A DNA stretch of 64,000 nt from Clostridia bacterium (GTDB lineage Bacteria > Bacillota > Clostridia > RGIG6154). Below the pieces are notes generated by a model. The model made no database searches. It saw only the letters and a program-made list of their open reading frames with translations, and was not told the origin of the DNA. Location of the stretch: assembly GCA_045589295.1 (NCBI GenBank), contig JAZNOU010000007.1:64001-128000 (forward strand). Reading direction: 5' to 3'. Made by a program: the position numbers and the translations under genes. Positions 31,903 to 41,975 of the stretch are shown piece after piece (position 1 is the first letter of the stretch; each line of letters opens with the position of its first letter).

Positions 31903-32541
31903 ATGAAAAACAACACAAAAAAATTAGTTACGTCTGCAATGTTAATCGCAATCGCGGTAGTTTTATCTTTGCTGACACCATTTAATCTGCCTTTTGGCGG
32001 AGGAATTACTCTTGCAAGCGGATTGCCGATCATAATAATATCATTTATGTTTGGCACAAAATTTGGTCTGTTCTCTGCTTTTATCTACAGCCTCTTACAA
32101 ATGGTTACAGGAATGAACACCGTAGCATCATTCTTTTTGCCCGGTGAAAGCCAAATGGTACTTTGGAAGGCAATTACAGTATGTCTGCTTGATTACATCC
32201 TCGCCTATACAGTTTTGGGTCTTGGAGGCATTTTTAAAAACAGATTCAAAAATAACTCTGTTTCAATAATAATTGGAACAATTTTCGCACTTTCTTTGAG
32301 ATACGTAATACATATAATTTCTGGTGCTGTGTTCTTTGGTGCTTGGGCTGAATGGTTTTTCACACAAGACGGCTTCTACAAAATCGGTGAAACAATTTTA
32401 AATACTTTTTCAGGCACTTCCCTATCAGTTATTTATTCTATCTTCTACAACGGGCTTTATATGATACCTGAAATTTTGATTACCGCAGTTATTGCCCCAA
32501 TTGTATATAAAATTATAAATGCAAGTAAATTTTTAAAATAA
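31903..32541 (+). CDS. thiT: Energy-coupled thiamine transporter S component ThiT
   Basis: AMLIAIAVVLS, PFGGGITL, LLDYILAY, HIISGAVFF, YSIFYN; TPP riboswitch upstream. Confidence 0.92.
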   Translation: MKNNTKKLVTSAMLIAIAVVLSLLTPFNLPFGGGITLASGLPIIIISFMFGTKFGLFSAFIYSLLQMVTGMNTVASFFLPGESQMVLWKAITVCLLDYILAYTVLGLGGIFKNRFKNNSVSIIIGTIFALSLRYVIHIISGAVFFGAWAEWFFTQDGFYKIGETILNTFSGTSLSVIYSIFYNGLYMIPEILITAVIAPIVYKIINASKFLK

Positions 32542-32574
32542 AAAAACTGACGGATTATATCCGTCAGTTTTTTT
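32540..32574. terminator. Bidirectional terminator thiT/glyA
   Basis: A7-CTGACGGAT-TAT-ATCCGTCAG-T7. Confidence 0.85.
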
Positions 32575-33811
32575 ATTCATAAATTGGATATTTTTCACAT
32601 AGTGCAATAACTTCTTTTGTGATTTGTTCTTTTGAATTTTCAAAATCTGTTGCAACCAATTTAATCCATTTAGCGATTTTTACCATTTCTTCTTCTTTAA
32701 AGCCTCTGCTGGTAACAGCAGGTGTCCCAATTCTTACACCACTTGTTACGAACGGACTTTGAGGATCGTTTGGAATTGCATTTTTATTCGCGGTAATATG
32801 AACTTCATCGAGTCTTGCTTCCAACTCTTTTCCTGTAATATTAAATGGTTGTAAGTCAATAAGCATTAAATGGTTATCTGTTCCGCCAGAAACAACTCTA
32901 AAACCTTCTTTAACGAGTTCTTCTGAAAGAACTTTTGCATTTTTAATAATCTGTTTCTGATACTCCTTAAATTCATCAGTTAAGGCTTCACCAAATGCAA
33001 CCGCTTTTGCTGCAATAATATGCATCAAAGGCCCGCCCTGAGTTCCCGGAAATACCGCTTTATCAATCTTTTGTGCGAGTTCTTCTTTACAAAGAATAAG
33101 ACCGCCTCTTGGACCTCTAAGTGTTTTATGTGTAGTTGTTGTAACAACATCGGCATAAGGTACCGGACTTGGGTGAAGACCAGCAGCAACGAGTCCTGCA
33201 ATATGAGCCATATCTACCATAAGATATGCACCAACTTCATCTGCAATTTCTCTAATCTTTTTAAAGTCAATAATTCTTGAATATGCACTTGCACCCGCAA
33301 CAATCATTTTAGGTTTACATTCTTTTGCTATCTTAAGCATTTCATCATAATCAAGAGTTTCAGTATCGTCCGATACTCCATAAGGTACGATATTAAAATA
33401 CTTACCTGAAATGTTTACAGGCGAACCATGTGACAAGTGCCCCCCATGTGCGAGGTTAAGTCCCATAATTGTGCCGCCATTTTCAACAAGTGCAAAAAAT
33501 ACTGCTAAGTTTGCATTAGCACCACTGTGTGGCTGTACATTTGCATGTTCTGCACCAAAAAGTTTCTTTGCACGCTCTCTTGCAATATTTTCAACAATAT
33601 CTACATACTGGCAACCGCCGTAATATCTTTTTGATGGATAACCTTCTGCATATTTATTTGTTAGAACTGTTCCTGCGGCTAAAAGTACAGCTTTAGAAAC
33701 AATATTTTCAGAAGCAATAAGTTCTATGTTGTGCTGTTGCCTTGTAAATTCTAAATTGCAGGCGTCAAACACTTCTTTATCATAATTTAAAAGTTCATCA
33801 AAAAAATTCAT
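32573..33811 (-). CDS. glyA: Serine hydroxymethyltransferase
   Basis: [35 protein letters not shown]. Confidence 0.98.
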   Translation of the reverse strand: MNFFDELLNYDKEVFDACNLEFTRQQHNIELIASENIVSKAVLLAAGTVLTNKYAEGYPSKRYYGGCQYVDIVENIARERAKKLFGAEHANVQPHSGANANLAVFFALVENGGTIMGLNLAHGGHLSHGSPVNISGKYFNIVPYGVSDDTETLDYDEMLKIAKECKPKMIVAGASAYSRIIDFKKIREIADEVGAYLMVDMAHIAGLVAAGLHPSPVPYADVVTTTTHKTLRGPRGGLILCKEELAQKIDKAVFPGTQGGPLMHIIAAKAVAFGEALTDEFKEYQKQIIKNAKVLSEELVKEGFRVVSGGTDNHLMLIDLQPFNITGKELEARLDEVHITANKNAIPNDPQSPFVTSGVRIGTPAVTSRGFKEEEMVKIAKWIKLVATDFENSKEQITKEVIALCEKYPIYE

Positions 33812-33847
33812 AATTATTCTCCTTTTCCAAATACATCAATCGTGATA

Positions 33848-33906
33848 ATTTTACCACAATTCCTCACTATAGTCAAGTTGACCATTTAAAAATATAATGA
33901 TATAAT
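33848..33906. promoter_or_regulatory. Back-to-back divergent sigma-A promoters (glyA and cca)
   Basis: Minus: TTGACT-N17-TAAAAT (33876-33848). Plus: TTGACC-N17-TATAAT (33878-33906). Both have extended TG. Confidence 0.75.
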
Positions 33907-33925
33907 AATTTTGGTGGTGATAAAA

Positions 33926-35110
33926 ATGCAGATTTATATTCCAAGTCATATTGAACTTGCTTTAAATATGTTAAAGCTTGCTGGATTTGAAAGTTACATT
34001 GTCGGCGGTTGTGTTCGTGACAGCTTAATAAATAAATTACCAAACGATTGGGATATTTGCACATCTGCCCTCCCCAGTCAAACATGTGAAATTTTCAAAA
34101 ATTTTAAAATGGTATTAAACGGAGCGAAACACGGAACAGTTCGTGTTATAATAAACCACTTACCTGTTGAAATAACCACTTTTAGAATTGACGGAAAATA
34201 TTTAAACAATCGTTCTCCGGAAAACATTAGTTTTACATCTTCATTAAAAGAGGATTTAATTCGCCGTGATTTTACAATTAATGCAATGGCATATTCAAAT
34301 GAAAGCGGAATAATTGATTTATATGGCGGAAAAAAAGACCTTGAACAAAAACTAATAAAATGTGTTGGCAATGCTGAAGAAAGATTTGAAGAAGATGCAC
34401 TTCGCATTATGAGAGCGCTGAGGTTTGCGTCACAGCTCAACTTTAAAATTGAAGAGAAAACAAAAGCTGTGATTTTCTCAAAAAAGGATTTGCTTAAAAA
34501 CATTTCCGCCGAAAGGATTACCGAAGAATTCTTAAAATTGATTTCTTACGATAATTGTTTTAGGATTTTAGATGAATTTGCTGAAGTCATCAGAGTTTTT
34601 ATGCCACATTTTTCAAACCAGTTTAAAAAAATCAGTGCAAGCACCGATATTAGAGTTAACCTAGCTTACATCCTTAGTGCAAGCAAATGTGATTATGAGC
34701 ATATTTTTGGTGTTTTAAAAATACCAACAGCATTAAAAAAAGATGTTATTACAATTTTAAATAGCAAAAACATTGTCATCAATGCAGATAAAATTGAAAT
34801 CAAACAACACCTGTTTACTTTTGGCGAAGATTTATTAAAACTAATTTTAGAGTTTAAATCTTGTTATGGAGAAGACACCGACGAACAAATTAAAATTATA
34901 GATGATATAATCGCCAACAATCAACCATATTTACTTAGACACCTTAAAATTTCAGGCAACGATATAAAAGGCCTTGGAGTTTCTTCCGGTGAAAAAATAG
35001 GCAATATTTTAAATTATTTACTAAAACGTGTCATTTCAGAGAAACTTGCTAACCGCAAATCTTATCTCATTGAAGAAGCACAAAAATATATTTTAAAAAA
35101 TAAATTTTAA
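33926..35110 (+). CDS. cca: tRNA nucleotidyltransferase (CCA-adding family)
   Basis: VGGCVRD, DWD, EITTFR, EDLIRRDFTINAMA, EDALRIMRALRF, ERI. Confidence 0.9.
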   Translation: MQIYIPSHIELALNMLKLAGFESYIVGGCVRDSLINKLPNDWDICTSALPSQTCEIFKNFKMVLNGAKHGTVRVIINHLPVEITTFRIDGKYLNNRSPENISFTSSLKEDLIRRDFTINAMAYSNESGIIDLYGGKKDLEQKLIKCVGNAEERFEEDALRIMRALRFASQLNFKIEEKTKAVIFSKKDLLKNISAERITEEFLKLISYDNCFRILDEFAEVIRVFMPHFSNQFKKISASTDIRVNLAYILSASKCDYEHIFGVLKIPTALKKDVITILNSKNIVINADKIEIKQHLFTFGEDLLKLILEFKSCYGEDTDEQIKIIDDIIANNQPYLLRHLKISGNDIKGLGVSSGEKIGNILNYLLKRVISEKLANRKSYLIEEAQKYILKNKF

Positions 35111-35140
35111 GAACTTAAAGCAGCAGCTTTAAGTTCTTTT
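35109..35140. terminator. Terminator between convergent cca and recO
   Basis: AAGAACTTAAAGC-AGCA-GCTTTAAGTTCTT. Confidence 0.7.
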
Positions 35141-35861
35141 ATAATATACTGTTAAAATAATCAAGTGATTTTGGTGTTCTTCCAAGCTGGATACACGTAT
35201 ACTTTTCAAAAATTTCAGACAAAAATTTTATTATCTCGCAAGATGCTGAAAAAGAAAATATTTTTTTAACTGATGATGATGTCACATAATTAATAACACT
35301 AAGACACGAACAATTCAGCTCTACACCACTACTTTTACAATTGCCACAATTAACTGTACCATTTAAGACATCAAAATAAAGTAAATCGCCCGTATTACCA
35401 CAATTATAGCATCCTGAAAAATCAGGCAACATACCTTGCATATCTAAAAGTTTTATTTCAAAAATCAACTTTGCGGTCATTAAATCGTATTTCTTTTTTG
35501 AAAGAACGTAATATGTGTTCAATAAAAGTGAAAGCGTGTCAGCACACTCTACACCCTCGGGTACTACTTCCGATGCAAGCTGAGCAAGATATGTAGCAAG
35601 TGCAAGTGCTTTAATATCTTCGCTAAGCTCATAAAAGCTCTCAATAACAGCAGAATTTCTTAAAAAATAAATATCATTACCCTTTGCTAGTTCAAATTCA
35701 GAAAAATTCAAAAAAGCAGCACCAGAATTTTTCTTTGAATTGCGTATATGTTTTGCACTAACCCTTATTTTACCCAAATCAGGAGTTAGAACTGTCAACA
35801 TCTTGTCCGAGTCTTTCGTATTCACTTCTCTTAAGATTACGCCGTTTGTTTTGTATGTCAT
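35139..35861 (-). CDS. recO: DNA repair protein RecO
   Basis: GVILRE...DKMLTVLTPDLGKI OB fold, CxxC...CxxC zinc finger; downstream of era. Confidence 0.92.
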   Translation of the reverse strand: MTYKTNGVILREVNTKDSDKMLTVLTPDLGKIRVSAKHIRNSKKNSGAAFLNFSEFELAKGNDIYFLRNSAVIESFYELSEDIKALALATYLAQLASEVVPEGVECADTLSLLLNTYYVLSKKKYDLMTAKLIFEIKLLDMQGMLPDFSGCYNCGNTGDLLYFDVLNGTVNCGNCKSSGVELNCSCLSVINYVTSSSVKKIFSFSASCEIIKFLSEIFEKYTCIQLGRTPKSLDYFNSIL

Positions 35862-35991
35862 AAACATCGACCTCATCAGTTATTTCATCTGCATTTTCAC
35901 TAGCAGTTAATCTCAAAAATTCCATATAAGTTAAATATGCTTCTAGATTTCCGGTCCTTTTAAAAAAATCCCAGTAGTTTTGACTATTCAT
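35779..35991 (-). CDS. YqzL family small protein
   Basis: WDFFKRTGNLEAYLTY signature; GAGGTG RBS; era-yqzL-recO synteny. Confidence 0.8.
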   Translation of the reverse strand: MNSQNYWDFFKRTGNLEAYLTYMEFLRLTASENADEITDEVDVYDIQNKRRNLKRSEYERLGQDVDSSNS

Positions 35992-36008
35992 TCTTGTCAC
36001 CTCATTTA

Positions 36009-36037
36009 TATTTTGAGTGACAAAGCAAAAACTATTC
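36009..36037 (-). promoter_or_regulatory. Putative sigma-G promoter for yqzL-recO
   Basis: GAATA-N17-CAAAATA. Confidence 0.55.
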
Positions 36038-36047
36038 AAGCAAAAAT

Positions 36048-36929
36048 TTACTTTGAAGAAAAACCGAAATTTTTAAGCATTACTGATGAATTTCTCCAAT
36101 CCTCTTTTATCTTTACCCATAGTTCCAAAAACACTTTTGTACCAAAAAAATCTTCCGCTTCTTCTCTCGAAAGCTGTCCTATTTTTTTCAGCATTTGTCC
36201 GCCTTTTCCTATAATAATGCCTTTATGTGATTTTTTCTCGCAATATATTGTTGCAGCAATATTTAAAATGCCGTTTTCTCTTTCCTTAAAAGATGAAATT
36301 TCAACCGCAATACCATGCGGGACTTCTTTATCAAGACACCACAATGCTTTTTCTCTTATAAATTCTGCCATTATTTGTTTTTCAGGTTGGTCAGTTAACA
36401 TATCTTCAGGAAAATACATTGGTCCTTCTTCTAAAACGGCCTCAATCTCTTTTAAAAGCACATCCACACCATCATTATTTGTGGCAGACAGCGGTATAAA
36501 AGCATTAAAATCCATTTTTGTGCTGTATACACTCATAATTTTTAAAAGTTCTTCCTTGTCTACCAAATCTATTTTGTTAAGAACTAAAAAAACAGGCATT
36601 TTTGACAAAGAAATATTATTGATAATATCATCATTATAATCTTCTTTTTCTGTGCAATCAATCACCAAAACTACAGCGTCAACAGAATTCATCGCACCTT
36701 GAATTTCTTTTTCCATAAACTCGCCAAGTTTATTTTTTGGTTTATGAATTCCGGGTGTGTCCATAAAAACAATCTGAACATCTCTTTTAGAATAAATTCC
36801 AGATATTGCATTTCTTGTTGTCTGCGGCTTGTTAGAAACTGCTGCTATTTTTTCCCCTATTATGCAATTAAGCAGAGTTGACTTCCCTGCATTAGGTTTT
36901 CCAATTATTGATACAAATCCTGATTTCAT
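36048..36929 (-). CDS. era: GTPase Era
   Basis: GKPNAGKST, QTTR, DTPG, NKID, KH domain with IIGKGG. Confidence 0.97.
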   Translation of the reverse strand: MKSGFVSIIGKPNAGKSTLLNCIIGEKIAAVSNKPQTTRNAISGIYSKRDVQIVFMDTPGIHKPKNKLGEFMEKEIQGAMNSVDAVVLVIDCTEKEDYNDDIINNISLSKMPVFLVLNKIDLVDKEELLKIMSVYSTKMDFNAFIPLSATNNDGVDVLLKEIEAVLEEGPMYFPEDMLTDQPEKQIMAEFIREKALWCLDKEVPHGIAVEISSFKERENGILNIAATIYCEKKSHKGIIIGKGGQMLKKIGQLSREEAEDFFGTKVFLELWVKIKEDWRNSSVMLKNFGFSSK

Positions 36930-36939
36930 AAAACTTTGA

Positions 36940-37407
36940 TCATATACCAAGTTCTGATACTATGATTTTCTCCTTATCTCTCATTATTTTTTTATCTTCT
37001 TCTGTCATATGGTCATATCCCAACAAATGCAACATTGAGTGAATTGTAAGATAACCTGCTTCGTGTTCATTAGAATGTCCAAATTCATCGGCTTGGGAAA
37101 ATATTTTTTTCAAATTCAACACAACATCTCCAAGTGGAAAGGTTTCGCCAAAAAAGCTCTGATTTAATTTTCCTGGCACTTCAAATTCAAATTGTGGAAA
37201 TGATAAAACATCAGTTTCCTTATCTATATTTCTGAAATCTTTATTAATCTTTCTAATCCCTTCACCATCTGTAAACAAAACTGATATTTCAACATCTACA
37301 TCAATATTAAAATGATTCAACGTTCCCTTTATAGCCTTGTCAATTACATCATTGATGTCTGCAGAAACTTCCTCCGTTTCATTGATCTTTTCTATTACTA
37401 TTTTCAT
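36940..37407 (-). CDS. ybeY: rRNA maturation RNase YbeY
   Basis: TDVLSFP, LGDVV, HSMLHLLGYDH. Confidence 0.96.
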   Translation of the reverse strand: MKIVIEKINETEEVSADINDVIDKAIKGTLNHFNIDVDVEISVLFTDGEGIRKINKDFRNIDKETDVLSFPQFEFEVPGKLNQSFFGETFPLGDVVLNLKKIFSQADEFGHSNEHEAGYLTIHSMLHLLGYDHMTEEDKKIMRDKEKIIVSELGI

Positions 37408-38371
37408 CTCGTTTTTCCTTTTTAGCTTTATTGTATTTTTCATACGCTACTATTATCTTCTGAACAAGCGGATGTCTTACAACATCTTTTTCACTCAAAT
37501 ATTTAATATCAATTCCATCAATATTTTTAAGGACCCTTTGTGCCTCCTTAAGCCCTGACATTTTGTCTCTTGGTAAATCAATCTGCGTAACATCGCCCGT
37601 TACAACCGCTTTTGAGGAAAAGCCTATTCTTGTCAAAAACATTTTCATCTGCTCACACGTTGTATTCTGGGCTTCATCTAAAATAATAAAACTGTCATCT
37701 AAGGTTCTTCCCCTCATATATGCAAGAGGCGCAATTTCTATTATTCCCTTTTCAACATAATTTTGGCACGTTTCCGGCCCTAACATATCATATAGTGCAT
37801 CATAAAGAGGTCTTAAATATGGATCAATTTTTGTTTGCAAATCACCAGGTAAAAATCCCAATTTTTCACCCGCTTCAATTGCAGGTCTTGTTAAAATAAT
37901 ACGTTTAACAGATTTATTTCTAAGCTCATTAACTGCTGCAGCCACTGCTAAATATGTTTTACCCGTACCGGCAGGTCCAATTCCAAAAACAACTGTATTT
38001 TTTATAATGCTTTCAATATACCCGGCTTGTCCTATTGTTTTTGCTTTGATAACTTTGCCGCTCGCAGTAACGCAAACGGTATTGCTACTTAATTTTACAA
38101 CTAAATCTCCGCTGTTTTCCTTTACAATTGAACACACATAATTAACTTTTTGAACGTCAATTACACCTTCATTTTTATAAACTTGAAGTAAAGTATCAAT
38201 TGCAGAAAGGGCAAGTTCAGTTTCATAGTCATCACCTGAAATTTTGATTAGCCCATTTCTGCTTGTAACTTTAACACCAAATTTATTTTCTATTATTTTG
38301 ATATTCTCGTCAAAATTACCAAAAAGATTTGTTACAGCATTGTTATCTTTTTCATGTAGTATTTTTTCCAT
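37379..38371 (-). CDS. phoH: PhoH family ATPase
   Basis: GPAGTGKT, RPAIEAGEKLGFLPG, APLAYMRGRT, DEAQN. Confidence 0.95.
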   Translation of the reverse strand: MEKILHEKDNNAVTNLFGNFDENIKIIENKFGVKVTSRNGLIKISGDDYETELALSAIDTLLQVYKNEGVIDVQKVNYVCSIVKENSGDLVVKLSSNTVCVTASGKVIKAKTIGQAGYIESIIKNTVVFGIGPAGTGKTYLAVAAAVNELRNKSVKRIILTRPAIEAGEKLGFLPGDLQTKIDPYLRPLYDALYDMLGPETCQNYVEKGIIEIAPLAYMRGRTLDDSFIILDEAQNTTCEQMKMFLTRIGFSSKAVVTGDVTQIDLPRDKMSGLKEAQRVLKNIDGIDIKYLSEKDVVRHPLVQKIIVAYEKYNKAKKEKRDENSNRKDQ

Positions 38372-38388
38372 ATTTTACCTTCCTAAAA

Positions 38389-39573
38389 TCAATACTGTGC
38401 TGCTTTCGACACGCCACCATCTTCCAAAGCAACAACACAAAGATTTATTTCTACATTTTTACCATCAAAAGTATAGTTATACTCAGTATCTAAAACCATA
38501 TGGTTTTCACTAAGTTGATTTATAACATTATTATACAATTTTTCTTTATTATTTTCAAATATGTACTTATCAGAATACTTCTTTATAACAGTTTCTACTT
38601 TATTACATTTAATTTTTTCTAACAAAATAAAATTTCCTACTAAGCTTTTGTTTTCATACATCTTGTCATACTCTTTATCAGAAAGCATTTCTCCTAAAAA
38701 CAAATTAACTTTTTTCCCAAAAAACTCAATTCTATATCTGTTTTTAATTTCTGAGGTCGGTATTCTTTCAGTAACTTCAACAGGAAAACTTTGCTTAATA
38801 TAGTTAAAGGTTTTAAGTTTAATATCTGCCACGGAGTGCGCTGTCATAATATCACCCTGCTTGCTCTCGTTGATACCACTTACAAGCAAATCGCCCTTTC
38901 GTACTGTGTCACCTTTTTTTGCTATGACAAATCCGTCTTTCACTACAATATTTTCAACAATTCCATCTTTAAGAGCAACAATATTAACAGCTATTTTTTT
39001 ATCAACAATTTCGGGTTTAGGCACCTTTTCCACCACCTCAACACTTGCCCTTGCACCTTTTATCTCGATACCAATCCAAGTTATATCATTATTAAGTGCA
39101 AGTATTTTTTTTCTAACTTCTTTAGTGTTGATATTCTTTTTAAATTTTCCTTTATAAAGTCCGGATTGCTTTAACTGAGAATATATAACCTCCTCAGGAA
39201 TTCTTTCCAGCCCCGAAACTGTTATCTCGCATACAGTATTCGACAAAAGCATTATTACCACTACCATAAACAATGCGCCCAGATATAAAGACACTCTGTT
39301 TTTATACTTTTTGATCTCGTGCATTGCACCCTTAGAGTCCATAATATAAAGCTTTGCAGATATTTTATCAGAAATCTTCAAAATTTCATCATAGTCTTTT
39401 CTGTAGCAACTAAACACCGCAACAGATTTTCCTATATAACGAACATTCCACAGCTGTATATTTTTGCGGGTAGCTATATTAAAAAACTTTTCAACATATT
39501 TTCCCTCAAGCCTTATTATATCATACTCTACAAAAAAATCAAATACCCCTCGCAATATTTTTTCCTCCATCAA
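38389..39573 (-). CDS. yqfD: Sporulation protein YqfD
   Basis: EKFFN...IQLWNV, TM, IVALKDGIV, VRKGDLLVSG; yqfC-yqfD-phoH synteny. Confidence 0.9.
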   Translation of the reverse strand: MMEEKILRGVFDFFVEYDIIRLEGKYVEKFFNIATRKNIQLWNVRYIGKSVAVFSCYRKDYDEILKISDKISAKLYIMDSKGAMHEIKKYKNRVSLYLGALFMVVVIMLLSNTVCEITVSGLERIPEEVIYSQLKQSGLYKGKFKKNINTKEVRKKILALNNDITWIGIEIKGARASVEVVEKVPKPEIVDKKIAVNIVALKDGIVENIVVKDGFVIAKKGDTVRKGDLLVSGINESKQGDIMTAHSVADIKLKTFNYIKQSFPVEVTERIPTSEIKNRYRIEFFGKKVNLFLGEMLSDKEYDKMYENKSLVGNFILLEKIKCNKVETVIKKYSDKYIFENNKEKLYNNVINQLSENHMVLDTEYNYTFDGKNVEINLCVVALEDGGVSKAAQY

Positions 39574-39830
39574 GACATTGTTAATGCAGTTATCCTTCCA
39601 AATATTTCTATTTCATCTTCTGAAATATTTTTAATGTCAAGATTTTCACCGCTGACCTTTAAAATATAAATCTTGGTATTAAGTCTTATAACAGTTTGCG
39701 AAAATTCAATCAAACCTTTATGATTTTCAACCGTTAAACTCTCATCACCCATGAGCGTTATTTTAGGATAATCCAATGTTACTTCTTTAGGCAATTCAAG
39801 TGCATTAGTAATTTTCTTATATATCTTCAT
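39570..39830 (-). CDS. yqfC: Sporulation protein YqfC (YabP/YqfC family)
   Basis: LELPKEV, ENHKGLIEF, IFGRI. Confidence 0.9.
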   Translation of the reverse strand: MKIYKKITNALELPKEVTLDYPKITLMGDESLTVENHKGLIEFSQTVIRLNTKIYILKVSGENLDIKNISEDEIEIFGRITALTMS

Positions 39831-39847
39831 TATTATCACCTTATAAA

Positions 39848-39877
39848 ATTGTATGTGTAATATAAAACGCTTTATGC
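39848..39877 (-). promoter_or_regulatory. Sigma-E promoter for yqfCD
   Basis: GCATA-N17-CATACAAT (consensus sigma-E -10). Confidence 0.75.
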
Positions 39878-39901
39878 AATAAAATTAACTGAGGTGATTT
39901 A

Positions 39902-40831
39902 ATGAACGTTAAAAAAATGACCGATATTTTTAACCTAGCTTTTTGCTTGGTTGCCGTTTTATTTTTATTTATGTACCCATCTTACTGTATTGATTCTGCA
40001 AAAGATGGTGTTACTACAGCACTTTATATTGTTTTACCATCACTTTTCCCTTTTATGGTGCTATCAAAATATATAATAAACAACAACATTCACATCAAAG
40101 TATCAAAAATTATTGGCAAACCATTTGAAAAGATGTTTGGCATCAGTAAAAATTATGCAGTATTATTTGTATTAGGCTGTATCGGTGGATATCCAATTGG
40201 TGCAATATCAATAAGCCAACTTCTAAAAAAAAGAGAAATCACTATAAAGGATGCTGAAATTTTAATAGGATTTTGCAACAATTGCGGTCCGATGTTTGTA
40301 ATTGGCACTGTTGGAACATTAATGTTGCAAAACACTCTATACGGATATATTTTATATGCTATTCATTTAATAAGTGTAATGTTATGCGGGATAATTATGT
40401 GCAGATTTTTTAAACCCGCAAAAATATCTGTGCCTGTAAAAAGCTCTATACATCAAAACTCAATAAGTTCTGTAGTTTCATCCGCAAATTCAATGCTCAA
40501 CATTGCAAGCTACATAATAATCTTTTCTGTAATTTCAAAATTTGTCACTGTATCCTTAAAAAAAGAAAATGTTGTAACAACAATTGTTCTATGTGTACTT
40601 GAAATAACAACAGGGATTAAAAATATTTCTACAACATTTTTAAATGATGTTTTAAAACTTTCAATAATTTCTGCTTCTCTTGGATTTTCAGGATTTTGCG
40701 TACTCTCGCAGTGTAAGTCAGTTTTTGACGAACAACAAATTTCTTTCTTTAAGTATATTATTTCAAAAACCATTATTGCAGCACTTTCTTTTGTCATTTC
40801 ATTTATAACTTTTAGCATAATTTTACCATAG
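39902..40831 (+). CDS. ylbJ: Sporulation integral membrane protein YlbJ-like
   Basis: VLPSLFPF, GGYPIGA, FCNNCGPMFVIGTVG, LEITTG, GFSGFCVLSQ. Confidence 0.88.
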   Translation: MNVKKMTDIFNLAFCLVAVLFLFMYPSYCIDSAKDGVTTALYIVLPSLFPFMVLSKYIINNNIHIKVSKIIGKPFEKMFGISKNYAVLFVLGCIGGYPIGAISISQLLKKREITIKDAEILIGFCNNCGPMFVIGTVGTLMLQNTLYGYILYAIHLISVMLCGIIMCRFFKPAKISVPVKSSIHQNSISSVVSSANSMLNIASYIIIFSVISKFVTVSLKKENVVTTIVLCVLEITTGIKNISTTFLNDVLKLSIISASLGFSGFCVLSQCKSVFDEQQISFFKYIISKTIIAALSFVISFITFSIILP

Positions 40832-40860
40832 TAATATCTAATCACCAGGGAAAGTTAGTA

Positions 40861-41622
40861 TTGGTGATTATTTTGACAGTTTTTATGCTAGCCACTGGTA
40901 GTTTTTTACTGATTTTTAGCTATATATATTCCTCTGTCTTTGCAAGATTGGGTTGCGACAACATAGACTTAACTAATTATGAAAACTCAAAATTTATCTA
41001 TAACTATTCCGGAATAAAGCTATGCGCAGATTTTGAACTTAAAAATAGCACACGTGCTATTGCGGTATTTTACGTTGGACATGACAATATAAACATTGAT
41101 TATTTTAAAAAATTTTATAGCGAAAAAAATATTTCTATAGTAACAATTTATGCAAGCGGTTGCGGAAAAAGCGGAGGAAAAAGAAGGCAAACCGAAGAAG
41201 TTTTGAAATCTGACCTTAACTTATGGCTTGACTATTTAAAAACTATAATTGGTACAAACTGCAAAGTAATACTTCATGGATTTGCAGATACCGCTTTAAG
41301 TACATTTTTGTGTGCTTCGAATAACACCTATGGTATTGTTTTGGATAGTACGCATATTTACCCGCCATATCTTTTTAAAAACATAAAATGCAAATTGCTT
41401 AATATTTTTTTAAAAAGAAAGTACCGAGTTAAAATCTCCGGTACTAAAAACATTGCCTTTATATGTTCACCTGAAAATCTTTCAAGAGATTCTTATAAAA
41501 TATATGAACATTGCTATGGCGACAAAACTCTTTATATTTATGAAAAATTAGATTATGACAATTTTTCAAAAAAACTAGACACTTTTATCACACGCTTAAA
41601 ACTACCTGAAGAATTAACATAA
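40861..41622 (+). CDS. Membrane-anchored alpha/beta-hydrolase-fold protein, degenerate
   Basis: N-terminal TM, GCGKSGG, DLNLWLDYL, VILHG, GIVLDS elements of the fold, but no GxSxG nucleophile motif. Confidence 0.6.
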   Translation: MVIILTVFMLATGSFLLIFSYIYSSVFARLGCDNIDLTNYENSKFIYNYSGIKLCADFELKNSTRAIAVFYVGHDNINIDYFKKFYSEKNISIVTIYASGCGKSGGKRRQTEEVLKSDLNLWLDYLKTIIGTNCKVILHGFADTALSTFLCASNNTYGIVLDSTHIYPPYLFKNIKCKLLNIFLKRKYRVKISGTKNIAFICSPENLSRDSYKIYEHCYGDKTLYIYEKLDYDNFSKKLDTFITRLKLPEELT

Positions 41623-41863
41623 GCGTCACACCGGGAATTCCTAAAATTCCCGCTATAATTGCTGTTGCAAGATTTACACCTATTTGTATATTAACTATAC
41701 TGCCAACAACATTTATAAAAAGCAAAAAAACTCCTCCTGCTATTGCATTACCCAAAAGTTTAAATGCAATTTTTAAAGGCGCATAGAATATTCTAATCAA
41801 AAAGAACAACAAAACAAGTCCTATAACATATGCTATAATTAAGTTGTCACCCAAAAACTCCAT
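41588..41863 (-). CDS. bofA: Pro-sigmaK processing inhibitor BofA family
   Basis: Small hydrophobic protein with N..IG.N...GILGIPG motif; sigma-E-type promoter upstream. Confidence 0.9.
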   Translation of the reverse strand: MEFLGDNLIIAYVIGLVLLFFLIRIFYAPLKIAFKLLGNAIAGGVFLLFINVVGSIVNIQIGVNLATAIIAGILGIPGVTLMLILQVVLSV

Positions 41864-41906
41864 AATCTCCCTCGCTTTCGCACACAGAAAAACTTTAAGT
41901 CTTTAA

Positions 41907-41935
41907 ATAATATGTGGTTTGTCCGTTTTATATTC
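41907..41935 (-). promoter_or_regulatory. Sigma-E promoter for bofA
   Basis: GAATA-N16-CATATTAT. Confidence 0.7.
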
Positions 41936-41939
41936 AAAT

Positions 41940-41975
41940 AAAATAAAACCCACTCAAACGAGTGGGTTTTATTTT
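41940..41975 (-). terminator. Intrinsic terminator after large SLH protein gene
   Basis: AAATAAAACCCACTC-AAAC-GAGTGGGTTTTATTT. Confidence 0.85.

Noticed and set aside
34170-34290. cca as a CC-only or A-only adding enzyme
   Set aside because: The flexible loop between EITTFR and EDL.RRD is full length; single substitutions cannot be interpreted by eye.
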